This document shows, in pieces, positions 18,762 through 44,284 of a stretch of 64,000 nucleotides of DNA. A model generated the notes under the pieces. It did not search any database. It had not been told where the DNA came from and was given only the letters and a program-made list of their open reading frames with translations. The translations under genes and the position numbers were made by a program. The stretch lies in NCBI GenBank assembly GCA_964035545.1, contig OZ037767.1, positions 25,312,628 to 25,376,627 on the forward strand, written 5' to 3'. Every line of letters begins with the position of its first letter. The first letter of the stretch is position 1. This stretch comes from Bugula neritina (lineage: Eukaryota; Animalia; Bryozoa).

Positions 18762-20833
18762 TCTGGCATCATCTTCGCTGACGCACGATGACCTGACTTT
18801 ACCCCCCTGTCTTCATTGTGACTTGTTTAAACGTGAATTAGATTATCATTTTATCACAATCTGTTAAATATTTAGAGATAGATGGTGCTTTACCTTTGGC
18901 TTTTATATGTGTGGTAACAGTGTTGTGTAATTCTAGTTCATTAAAATTCCTAATTAATTGTTGAAGTTTGCTTGTAAGTTGGAGTTATCTTGTTTGAAAG
19001 AGCACATGTTGTAAACTCATGAACCTGTAAAATGTAGTATTTTGGGTCAAAAGTGTATTATTTGTCATCTGTATTGTTGAGAATAGAAATAAATTGCACC
19101 AATCTGTTAAAACTTTTAATTTAGTTTCTTAGTATTACTTTCAAATTGATATGTGAGCCATGAGTCAAATTCTAAGCTGAAAGTAGTTCTGATGCTGCAA
19201 TCAGGTTTTGGTATTTGGTCCAAAATTCTGATAAATCATTTTTCTTGTGATAACATCATTCATTACCTGTAATTACAGTATTTACTCAATGATACTAATT
19301 TGAATACTAAGACCACCAAGTACCATGCATATATGATACACTCAAGTGCTGGTAGAGAAACATGACTATAATAGACTGGCATCACAAGAGGTAGAGGAAA
19401 TGAGGTGTTGCCTCAGCTTGGCTTTTGCTACAAATGGTTGGTGCACATGTTGAAATAGAGAGCTGCTTGGAGTAACTTCATAGTATACACCTGTGCTATC
19501 TGAATTATTTACTTGATTTAGCCTGGGTAAGTTGGAGTAGGTCGGTAACGAAAATTTGTAATCTAAAATTTTCAAGCTCTCCACACTGCAGAAGTATACA
19601 GGACTGCTGTCTCCACATACTCAACTATGGTTACTGCCCAACAAATATTTCAAGTGTAGATATAATATATATATATATATTAATCATTACAATACAGTAC
19701 TTTTACATAAAGTAAGGCCTCTGAGCTACCATTCTATACCCAAAGCTTTCAACACCAGAGCAACTTTTCACATCTGTGATCCAATAGAAGGGTGATAGGA
19801 GCTTTCAACAATACCCTTTAAAAAACACACAATAGACATTCCTACATCTATAACTGAGTTATGAGACATTTCGATCAAACATACCTGGAAACAATAGAAT
19901 TTGTATAAATACATGCAAGGTGAAAATTTGGCTAGCATAAAAAGGGAATCTACGTACACCAAGTTCAACATGATTTGCGAAATCTAATATTGTATTGTCA
20001 TTTTAATATATAATTAATGTAACAACTTCAATTTTGTGATCAAAAAAGCAGCATATCAATAGTGGAGCTTGAATCCTTGCAGCGCCAGCTCAGGGAGAAA
20101 TGAGCTGTTATATGCTGTCTAACCAGACCGATGAAGACTGGGTAGCTAGTTGACTGAAAACTCGCTGTACCTGCAAGAAAATGTTTTTCTTTTGTATCCC
20201 TTAAGCTGTGCTTGCTTTCGGCAAACTATAAGAATTATTACTGCAGCTGTAAAATAAACTTTTTGTAGCAAGTGAGTTGGTGCTGCTGAGCTTCAAACTT
20301 TACTATAGCAGCGTATATTGTTTTAAGACAATACAGTATGCAAATAGCCAAGAAAAATAATGCATATTATATTATATTTAATTCAGCAATAGTATAGCCT
20401 TATAACTTATAAGAATTCTTCTCGTAGCGTAAGCTATGAGTTGTCTACTCTAAACAACATCCACAGTTGAACAACAATAGCAATTTTAGCCACCATGCAA
20501 CGGTATTTCATCATCTTTTTAATTCTGAAACTAAACAGAGAAGAAAATAAAAATTTTATTTATTGTTAGTTGTGACAATAAATTGCAATTAAAAATTTAA
20601 ATTAGATTAAATTTAAACTGCTAAATATTTTTTTTGACATGCGCCTCTCAAACTACCTATAAATGATATAATGTTGGTATTGCTTTGCGCAGCATAAAAT
20701 CTGATATCCTGTTCTTACCACATCATGGCTGGTTCTGTTTGTAGTCATTGATCTTAATATTAGATTAACAGTACCCGTTTTTATTTTCTCGAATTGAGTC
20801 TGAATATTATTTAATTTGTGAATTTTTGCAGCA

Positions 20834-23800
20834 ATGGATGACTCGCAACCTCATTTATCTAAACAAGATGTATCTACTCTGGTAAATATATTCATATTGT
20901 TAAACTACCACTACCCAGCTTGACTTTAAGTTTATTTTACTTAAACTTGAAGTTTAACTTTAAGTCAAGTCTAAACTTCCAACATGAACTTGGTCCAAAA
21001 GTTGAAGTTTAAAATTAGAGCTGAAGTTGCGTTCAAGTTTAACTCGAAGCTAAAACTTTTTAAATCATGGTTATGGTGATAACCAGTTTACAGTTATACT
21101 TATTATAAATTAAAATTTGATGACATTTACTTTAACTTTTGTTTCAATTTATTTTTTAAATTCAGCTAGTGGCTAGTACTATTAGTACTACAACTGCTAT
21201 CATTAGAAACTATTAGTATTACTATCGACTAGTTTGAGTTATTTTTATTTTAATCTTACTAATTTCAAGTTCAACTAAATTTCTTCGAATTGAGCTTATA
21301 CTTATTGATAGTTTATAGTAATTCTAATTAAGTTGAAAAAAAATCAACAGGTAATTTCAATACTAGTGAAAATACAATTAACAAAGAAATCAAATATTAT
21401 TTTTGTGTTCTGAGTAAAACCCTGGTATAATAATAATCTGTGGGGGTATAGCAAAGACAAGCACTCAAATTATGATGGTAAAGCTAAATGCAGTAAGATC
21501 ACCTGTCTATGTTATTTAATAAGTAATTGATCAAGTGTTGTCTTAATATTAATGCTAATGTTTTAGGCATTTTGGATATATATTGCCTGTTTTTTTAAAG
21601 GTGCGAAACATGTCTGTAGATACACATGCCTGTAGGCCTAACCACGCGTCCAAACATACACATGCAACTAAAGACATATGGCATTAGTGTTATATGCAAT
21701 ACATTACTAAGCATTCACATTTCAGAAAGTTGAAGAGTTGACCCCTCTTACACCAGATGTTATTAGCAGACAAGCCACAATAAATATTGGAACAATTGGG
21801 CATGTGGCGCACGGAAAATCAACAGTGGTTAAAGCTATATCTGGAGTTCAAGTAAGTGAAAGAGTGATAGGTGGTAACTTGAGAATGCAATTCATTTAGT
21901 TACATTTTTACTATTTTGGAAATATTGGTGTGTAGCTGCTGTTGTATTTTTAGACAGTTAGATTCAAGAATGAGTTAATCAGAAACATCACTATAAAGCT
22001 TGGTTACGCTAATGCTAAGGTAAGAATTCATATATATATATACATATTCATAATTTTCAATTCTGTAATTTCTTTTTAACAAAAATCTTTCTCATCATAT
22101 ATTATTTGTAATATCTTGTTCAGTAGTGTGGAAGTAATTGCTGTTTTTCTCAGATAACATGATATTTTAAATATTTAGTATTTTCCATGTTGCTTAATCT
22201 ATGGTTATTTTGATGCCGTCACAACTATATTAACAGATATACAAATGTAATGGGGAAAACTGCTCTCGACCTGGCTGTTACAAGGCCTGCAGCAGCAGTA
22301 CTCCAGATGAATTTCCTTGCGGAACATGTAGCGGAAAGTTTCAACTAGAAAGGTTGTGTGCACTTTGCTATTAGTTTTAACTACAATTTACACAAGTATT
22401 CAACTATCTGTAGTACAGCTATGTAGTAATGTAGTGACTACACTGATATTGACATACAATATACAGTGCTTGATGTTAATTCTTTAGTTTATTGGCATTT
22501 CGAAACGCCATACTCTTTCTACACTATTAATATGGAAGTTAAGTGTTGCTACAGCGCAACTCACAACCTGTATGATTCATTCCCTTCTTGTTCTTCCATT
22601 CAGTTAGTTTTCAAACAAACTTCTCACTATGCACGTATTAGGATCTGTAATTCTTTTGGCTAAACAAGGGCTTTTGAAATAGTTTAGTACTCTTGGCTAA
22701 CAATAAGTAAGAGGCTTCATTTCATTTTAAAACAGTTTGCATGGTTTTTTTAAGATAATATTGCATGAAGTTGATGTATTTTTATACTTTCCAGACACGT
22801 GTCATTCGTCGACTGTCCTGGCCACGATATTCTTATGGCCACTATGTTGAATGGAGCAGCTGTGATGGACGCAGCTCTTCTCCTTATAGCAGGTGAGTTT
22901 TCCCCACCTACTAGTAGCTGTATAGGTGAGTTTCCCCACCTACTAGTAGCTGTATAGGTGAGTTTTCCCACCTACTAATAGCTTTATAGGTGAGTTTTCT
23001 CCACCTATTAGTAGCTGTATAGGTAAGTTATCCTCACTTAGTAGTAGCTGTATAGGTGGTTTGTTGACTACCCTGTGTAGCTGTGAATTATGTATCTGGT
23101 CTGTAACAGTATGTTGTGTTGTTTAGTGCATGGCCTAGTGTCTCGTCAATAAATGTACATGGGTACTGCAGTATATACGAGTATTATAGTATGTAGTATA
23201 TGAGTATACGAGTTATAGTATGTGTATATAAGTATACGAGTACTATAATATGTAGTATATAAGTATATTCTACTATAGTATGTAATATATAAGTATATGC
23301 TATTACAGCACGCATATGCTCACTAAGTGTTGAGATATACAACTACACTAGTGTTATATTATGCTGTGTTTAGGCAATGAATCATGCCCTCAGCCACAAA
23401 CATCAGAACACTTGGCCGCTATAGAAATTATGAAACTGAAGCACATACTAATTCTACAAAACAAGATAGATTTGGTGAAGGAAAGTCAAGCCAGGGAGCA
23501 GTTTGATCAGATCCAGAAGTTTGTCCAAGGTAGATTTTGACTCCGACTCGGTTCTTCCAGTTTAGTTAGATTTTGTTTATTGATATCCAGTTTCACACTT
23601 GCCTCTATTGACAACTAGAAAATGTTAGTCTTTAATTATTGCATCAACATCTCATATGACTTCCGAAGAAGCCACAACTTTACTAAGATTTGATTATTCA
23701 AGAATGGTTAGGCAGGGTTTAGGTTTCGCTACTGGACTTTTTTGCGAGTGTACACATGCGTTGACGACGGCAAAGCTAAAAAATTTGGCTTCTACTGCTA

Positions 23801-26601
23801 ACAATTAATAACTGGCGTTTTCCTTTACTCTAGGTACTGTAGCTGAGGGTGCTCCGGTCATACCCATCTCTGCACAGCTGAAATACAATATAGAAGTTAT
23901 CTGTGAATACATATGTAAAAAGATTCCTATACCCCTTCGGGATTTCACATCTGAGCCAAGACTAATCGGTAAGTTAACCAGACTCTGTTGTGTGAATTAT
24001 GTGGAGGCTGTCTGGTACCCACTGGTGGTCTCAATATGTTATATCATTTATTCAATGCATTATGAATAACGTGCTTGATATGCTTCTTGTGGTGATGGAG
24101 CTTGTGGGTATATGTTTATATTGTAAAAGAACAAGAATAATACTACTACACAGTTTCATGTTCAATGTCTTTTCTGTTTAGTTATCAGATCGTTTGACGT
24201 CAACAAGCCAGGTTCGGAAGTTGATGATCTGAAAGGGGGTGTGGCGGGGGGTTCGATTCTGAGGGGTGTTCTCAAGATTGGACAGGAAATTGAAGTTCGA
24301 CCTGGCATTGTTTCCCGAGACTCTAACGGTAAGCTTTACCAAAGCGAATCTCCTTGTTTCTTATTTTTATGTGCCATCAAATCCATGGACTGTCCGTGGG
24401 TTGAGCAATATATTTCCTCACGTACATTTTTTCCCACAGTTGGAAAAAGTTCCAAGTAGTGGTGATAGCATGTACAGTAATGAAGAAATGAAATTGGTTA
24501 AAATCTGAAATTATTGCCGGTTGAAAGTTAAAACGTCATTTTTGTCATATCACATTTGAGCTATTGGCGTGTGAAGTGGTTATTGTGGCTACAAATAGGC
24601 ATATTTGTATGTTCATTGTAATACAGTCCTAGTATATATAATACAGGTACATTGTAGTACAGTCCTAGTATATACATTATAATGCAGGTACATTGTAATA
24701 TAGTCCTAGTATATATACTACAGGTACATTGACATGCACGCCACTTAGATCGAGAATTGTATCCCTGTTTGCTGAACACAATGATTTACAGTATGCTGTA
24801 CCTGGAGGACTTATAGGTAATGTGTTTCATATATCTCACTTTGTTATTGGTATGGTATGTGCGCTATTAACTTGTTGCTGAGTTTATTGTGTTTTGTGAC
24901 AGTATCTGTTTAGTGAAGCAGTATTGTCAGCACTGGATTTAATGACGTGTCTATAGTTTTTCGGAGTTATCCTCTTTCTAATGCTTCAGCTGAAATAAAT
25001 TTTATATAAATAGCAGAATAAATAGATAGTCAACCAGCTCTATATATGTAATGTAAATTTTCCTACGAATAAACTGAATGTACATAATATAAATGACATA
25101 TAAAATATAATTTCCCAACTTACTAGTCATACCATTTACTAATATTAGTTGTGTACTGTGTTGTTGCAGTTCTAATACATATATTATATTCTTTCTACAG
25201 GAGTGGGTACTAAAATAGACCCAACACTGTGTCGCGCTGACAGACTGGTGGGGCAGGTGCTTGGTGCTGTTGGTGCCTTACCCTTTATTTACACTGAGCT
25301 TGAGATCTCGTATTTCCTATTGAGGCGTTTGCTGGGTGTCCGAACTGAGGGTGACAAGAAAGGAGCCAAGGTATTTGAAGTTGATGAGTGAATTACATTA
25401 GTGCTTTTTGTAAGATGAAATTATTGTTTTACATTCACATTGTCTTATTCACAGCTATCACAACTCCCAATTATGGTGCAATTAGTCATAAAAGTCTCAA
25501 CTATAGCCAATGCTTTCTCTCATAGTATCTCCAAGCCAGACATTATTTTGGAAATGTTTTATAAATGTTTCAGTAAAATTCCGAAGACCTGGTGTATAGT
25601 CATAGAAGTCTCTTGAAACCTTTAGTCATTTCATACAATGTTCACATGTATGTATCATATATATATTTATGTTTCAGGTCCAGAAACTCTCTAAGAATGA
25701 AGTGCTGATGGTGAACATTGGTTCTTTATCTAGTGGCGGTAGAGTTTTAGCTGTAAAAGGTGATTTGGCTAAAATTGGCCTGACTAACCCAGTCTGCACA
25801 GAAATTGGCGAGAAAATTGCCCTTAGTCGTAGAATTGAGAAGCATTGGAGGTGAGTTTGAGCTTTAGGTTAGTTGATAGCCTGTGTTACTGTTGATAGCC
25901 AGTGTTACTGTTGATAGCCTGTGTTACTGTTGATAGCCAGTGTTACTGTTGAAATGTGTTACTGTTGAACTGTGTTACTGTTGAATGTGTTACTGTTGAA
26001 CGGCCTGTGGATTAGTTAGCCTCTGCCACTGTTGAAACATGAAGCAGGTGTTCATACTTTTCCACTTCTATGCTATGGTCTACTTGTCAGTTTAATTCTC
26101 TGTTGCTATAGTTTCACAACATACCCTAATTATTTTCTCATTTTCTGTTTTCATTATTTTCTATTTTTTCATAAATATAGCTTCTTTTGTGCTATAACAA
26201 AACAGTAAAAAATAGTTTTATGTAGTTAATGAATTTAAACCCCAGATATCTTATTATGTGAAAGTAGACAAGGCAAAAAGGAAAGATAACTCTTGAGTAC
26301 AATTCCATTGCCTCGTAATACATATAGAGCTATATTATTGAATAACTTATTTTATATGGTAACAGGCTATTGGTGACCGCTATACCACATCAGGTTTCGT
26401 CAGCACCTTTACCAAAAATTATCATAAGCCTTTGCAGTAATCAAAAAATATTTCAAATTTCAGCCTGCTATAAGAAATCTATTAGCACCCATAACCAGTG
26501 TCTAATATGGTTGTGTCAGGTTAATCCGGTAATATTTTAGATTGATTGGATGGGGTCAGATTCGTAGAGGTGTGAACATTCAACCCACAGAAGACCTCTA
26601 G
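20834..26601 (+). CDS. EIF2S3: Eukaryotic translation initiation factor 2 gamma subunit, about 462 aa
   Basis: Exons 20834-20881, 21726-21851, 21954-22019, 22237-22352, 22795-22892, 23374-23529, 23834-23968, 24182-24328, 24724-24816, 25201-25370, 25678-25850, 26541-26601. Motifs [17 protein letters not shown] and HWRLIGWG. An upstream ATG at 20725 could add a few residues. Confidence 0.98.
22886..23060 (+). repeat. 32-33-bp tandem repeat spanning an EIF2S3 splice donor
   Basis: AG|GT motifs with GT at 22893 (true donor), 22926, 22958, 22990, 23023 and 23056. Confidence 0.93.
24614..24731 (+). repeat. 36-41-bp tandem repeat x3 spanning an EIF2S3 splice acceptor
   Basis: CAG|GTACATTG at 24644, 24685 and 24721 (true acceptor). 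Confidence 0.9.
25872..26000 (+). repeat. Intronic minisatellite (gttgatagcc(t/a)gtgttact core) just downstream of an EIF2S3 donor
   Basis: Repeated tgttactgttga units. Confidence 0.85.
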
Positions 26602-27116
26602 ACAATTGGCGGAAGGGATCTGACTGCCTACTATACTGTTTTTATATTAAATATGATTTCAACCACTATTACTCTTTGGCAAACTTGAAAGAAAGTTTAA
26701 CTTTGGCTTAGTTGTTGGTATTAATAAATTGTTTTAAACGTCCTATCTTATTTTGAAGAAATTATAACTGGTAACTGATCCTATGTAAATTACATAAATT
26801 TTCAGTTTTATTGGCTGTACACAGTATTGGAATTATGGATAAGAGTTATCGAAAAATACACAAATGACTGATTAATTTTCAAACTAAAAATATTAGCAAC
26901 TAGGTTAAGAATTCAAATACAGAATGATAGTGTTTGCATTTATCCCCTGAATAAATAGATTTATGGTTTCAACAAGAATATAGATTTGGGTTCCTTTTTG
27001 CAAAACGTGATAATAAATATCTAGCTAATATATACACATCAGTGGAAGCCTAATTAACAGCCAGTAGACATAGATCATTGCCACCATCTCAAGATGATTC
27101 CAGGGTAACCCAAACT

Positions 27117-32696
<5,580 letters not shown>

Positions 32697-33941
32697 TGTG
32701 ATAGTTAACTGATAGTTATATAGAAATCATCTATATGTAGTGCTAATGAATCGTAATACGTCTAACTTTATGACTATCCCTGTGGAAGTGTGGTAATGAT
32801 GACTAACTCGAACGTTCAACTGCTGACACTCAACTATAACATTACGGAAATGAAGCAAAACTTGATGAGCTTGAACCAGTAACGCCGAACCGTCCAATCG
32901 CACGTAGACACTCTTATTTATATAAAATTGTATTCAGTCGAAAAAAACTCTACTATCGCATGTTACAAAACCGTACTGCGGAGTTGTGCTTAATGTGGCA
33001 CATTATTTTACCATACAATTACCAAGAGCAGACTGCTACACAAATCTCAAACCTGTTAGACAAAGATTTTTTCTAGAAAATAAATACATAAGCATTACCA
33101 AACACTTGAAGCTTGTTTTCAAAGTTGGCCATGAAGATTTTTTTACACAATTCACTACAATACTAATAGGGTTTTACAGAGTCTAAATTTTACAGTGAAT
33201 AAGACATACTGATTCAGACCAGTAAGTATATCAAGTTCTCTAGTGATAAATAATATGATAGGCACTAGAAATCTATAAGATATGCATTAAATCAATAACA
33301 GTAATCACAATACTAGACCCAGTGATAGCAAATGCCTATACTTCCTAGGTCTTTTATATTTGACAATATAGTTACAGTTAGCTATTAGCAAAATCCTTGT
33401 CTACTACATGTCAGTGAACACTTGGGAAAACTTAGCAAGTATACATTTTAATATTTCAAGCTACAATATATTAGCATAATTTAAGCAATATATTTAATTT
33501 GTTTAGATAAATTATTGTTATAATATATGTGTTCAGTTAATATAGACAAAACTGGGAAAATGGTTTGGCACACATTAAAAATATTATTGTAGAAGCAAAA
33601 ACATATTTCCTATTTTTAAGATATACGTGAAATTTTATTTTGAAAATATTAATGGTCTTTTCAATTATGCAGCATTGCACTTGCTAAATATATAAAAACT
33701 AGTCTATAAGGGTGAATAATTTTAACGGCTACCCATAATATGTCCAATCACACGATTATAACCTTGCTTCAATCTTATAAAAAAAAGAATGCGCATGCGA
33801 GTGATGACTCAATTATTTCACAGTTTGCTGAGTTTAAGGCATAAATTTATTTAAAAACAAAAACTTCAACTTTAAAATCTTTCATCTTATTCTTCCAAAA
33901 AATATATTTATTAAATCCCAATTGCAATAGGAAATAACCAC

Positions 33942-41199
<7,258 letters not shown>

Positions 41200-42734
41200 T
41201 TACATAAAGTTTATAAAACAATCATATGAAATATTTATTTGTAGAGGAACTCTGTAAACACCAGTTACAGCTAGTTTCAACTCTGGTCTAGCCAGCCTGC
41301 CAGTCTAACAGAAAATTTGTTACATGTATTTGAAGTATAATAAAATACCGGTGTACAATATTTAGCATTTATCACTACTTGATGTTTGCGAAAAAATGTA
41401 TAACAATTAGTGTGATTCATTGTTTAACAATTTCTGCAACAATCTAGTATTAAATGTTTAGTTTCACAATAATATAGCTTAATTATATTAAAAGCATTGT
41501 TAACTATAATACACACAAATACAATTGTTTTATTTAAAATAAAAATTTCAACTTAGTATTACTTTTTAATACTTTATTTGTTCTTGTTGCAGCTAATTGG
41601 TTTAATTAACCATAGCTTCAATGCTTTGGGAAACAAAGGCTATTTTTTAAAAACAACTAATGGTTTTTTTAGAAAAAATGTTTAACTGAGCCGTAAGATT
41701 AAAGTCGAAGTTTATTACTTTGACCTTTTAAGCATTTGGGAATTAAAAGATTTTTGCAGACCGTGTATATAAAGACATCGCATAACCATGACATGAAGTT
41801 GAATTATATAATTTTCTATAAATAGTTTGCAGCATGATATTTGATGTTTTACTACCTACCCACCCAAAGCTTTTAAACTCTGACCCTGCACGATCTTTCT
41901 TATGTAATTATTTAAAATTTAAATTTAATGCATAGCAGTAAAAAGTAAAATTTATAATTTAAGAATATTTAAACTTGTTACAAGTTTTCCTGTGCAAATC
42001 CTGTCTTAATTAATAATAATAATGCTTGCATACAATCCGTTTAGTTTTAATGAAGCTAAAATTTAATTGTAGTCTCAAAGTTTTCAAATTACATTTTAGG
42101 CTCAAATTACAGCTCATATCTTTTATTAAAAATAAGAAAATATGGCTGTTGAAGCTTGGACTACAGTCTAACTGCAGCATTTAGCTACAGAGTGTTTGTT
42201 AGGACACCCGGACAAATCTAAACACTTGAAACTCAAGCTACTAAAAAGCTATTAGTTGACAAATGTGCAGCAACATGTCATTCATAATATCTTATATAAC
42301 TTTTTAATCGAAAATTTGAAGACCAACACTTGCAGCGTTAAGGACTAGTATAGTTGTTTGGAACATGACATGGTATGTGTATATACATACATCACACTTA
42401 TGTTTCAATTCTATTTACTTGAGTATACTTATCTTTTTCTGACATTTACAGGTAAATGTCTTCTTGGCCTTTATTACATATGTGCGTGGGTTTGAAAAAA
42501 TTAGTTCGGCTGATAACGAAGGATATTAGATTTTAGCATGTTGACATGGTGTCATCAACAGCTTCAATACCTTATGTCTGTGTCACAATAAAGGCACATA
42601 TCGTATTTGGAGGCTGGGTACACTATACATACCCCACAGTTAGCTCTATAATCTACAAATAGCTTGCCATTCTAAAGGGTTCGCAACTATACATATTTAT
42701 TGATTTGTATTGATTTTTTGTAATAACTTTCACC

Positions 42735-42741
42735 TATAAAA
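42735..42741 (+). promoter_or_regulatory. TATA box of the neuropeptide-like gene
   Basis: TATAAAA about 55 nt upstream of the ATG at 42794. Confidence 0.6.
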
Positions 42742-42793
42742 GCTGCGCCTAACTAAATGATGTCAAAATTGGAATTGAATTGAACCAGAAAAC

Positions 42794-43758
42794 ATGGACT
42801 TGACACCTATTTCATGCTGTGCTGGGATTTTGACTTTGGCATTGTTTGCTTCTTTAGCAAGTTCTGCCATAATTCCGAATAGAGACAGTGAGATATTCAA
42901 CAGCCAGACAACGCTAAACAGAGAGACAGAACCTTGCCAGGACATCTGCTCCCAAGGAGAGGAAGTTATAAGAACATGTGTTCAATGTTTGGGTATGTAA
43001 CCAAATACGCTAGGGCTGGTGCTTCGGCCTTATGGGTATCTCTTTTTATACTTTTTTTCTCAAAGTTGTAGATACAATCAAAGTGTAGGCTGGCATCATA
43101 TTATTAAACACTTCTTCACAGTAAGCAGTTTTTGTTAAGGAAATACTTGTTTGCTTCTGTTAACTTAGTGATTTAATTGAAAAGCTTTATTGCTCAGTTT
43201 ACACGTTTTTCTAGTTTCTAAAAAGAAAAGGCGAAAAGCAAAATATCATGAAAATATTGTTTAATGATGATGTAATAATAGTTATATATAATATAGTAAA
43301 AGATAATATTGTGTTTTAAGAGTTTGGCTATAACAGACAATTAGGTTTATCAACACAATGTGTATATTTATAACACGAATCATAACCTGACTAAAACTTG
43401 GCATCAAAATTACTTTATTCTATCCTACCCTATTTTATGCTACTCTACACTACTCTACTCTACTCTACTCTACTCTACTCTACTCTACTCTACTCTACTC
43501 TACTCTACTCTACTCTACTCTACTCTACTCTACTCTACTCTACCCTACCCTACCCTACCCTACCCTACCCTACCCTACTCTACCCTACCCTACCTTACCC
43601 TACTATGCTCTACTCTAAACATATTATATCATATTATTTCACTTTTAGTAGAGAATATGAAGCGGTCAGACTATGGAAGCTATGAAAATATGTGGAAGCA
43701 ACTCACAGGCAAACCTTCAAGGAGGAAATCCTCTGACAGATACATCCACTTTGGATAA
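42794..43758 (+). CDS. Secreted neuropeptide-like precursor, 102 aa (Cys4 region plus C-terminal SSDRYIHF-amide)
   Basis: Exons 42794-42992 and 43649-43758 (phase 1, NAGNAG acceptor). Hydrophobic signal peptide, C-x3-C-x9-C-x2-C motif, KR and RRK cleavage sites, and a terminal Gly amidation donor immediately before the stop. Confidence 0.82.
43423..43616. repeat. (TACTC)n/(TACCC)n pentanucleotide repeat
   Basis: Directly visible in the intron of the neuropeptide-like gene. Confidence 0.97.
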
Positions 43759-44215
43759 AACTTTACTGAATAGCAAATAAGATGATACATATATGTGATA
43801 GCTAGTTTAGTGCCTGCTAACGAACAATAAAGGCTTAGATTACCTTTAATAATTAGTTTTGTTCATAGAGTTTTAGTTCATTATATTATTTTGTTTTGTT
43901 TTTTTACTGGCAGTTTTTTGATTTATTAAAACTGAAGTTAAAAGACAATTCGTAAAAGTTAGCTGTCTGGTTAATAATTATAATAAACATTATAACTCAA
44001 GCCAAAATACTTTCTGATTATATTTAAATGCTTACTCTTTGAATTGTATTAAGTTCTTAGCTATTAATATTATTAATGTTTAGCAAATAACTATAGTCTA
44101 GTTACCATAATAATCATACTTGGTAAGATTTCTCATCATACGACAAGGGATGTATTTATTAATGAAGCATTTACATTTTTATCAACTATGCAAGCCAAAA
44201 TAGCTTGAAAAAGTT

Positions 44216-44284
44216 TGCCCTGGGAATCGAACCCGAGACCTCCGGCTAGCAAGCAAGTGTGCTAACTATTACACCACGGGCACT
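44216..44284 (-). pseudogene. tRNA-derived sequence (SINE head or tRNA pseudogene)
   Basis: Reverse strand shows an A-box-like gtggtgtaatagttagc and a B-box ggttcgattcc. The anticodon stem does not pair. Confidence 0.65.

Noticed and set aside
23640-26460. Intronic snoRNAs in EIF2S3
   Set aside because: No convincing C/D box pair with a terminal stem, and no H/ACA architecture, could be seen by eye. A covariance-model search would be needed.
33750-33815. NRF1-like TGCGCATGCG, CCAAT and AP-1 motif cluster
   Set aside because: Short motifs in the 3' flank of the orphan gene with no supporting exon. A promoter cannot be supported from sequence alone.
43360-43648. YSTLL-repeat N-terminus of ORF 43360-43758
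   Set aside because: Intronic pentamer repeat. Only 43649-43758 is exon.
44216-44284. Functional tRNA gene
   Set aside because: The anticodon stem does not pair and the acceptor stem is short, so it is better explained as a SINE or pseudogene.
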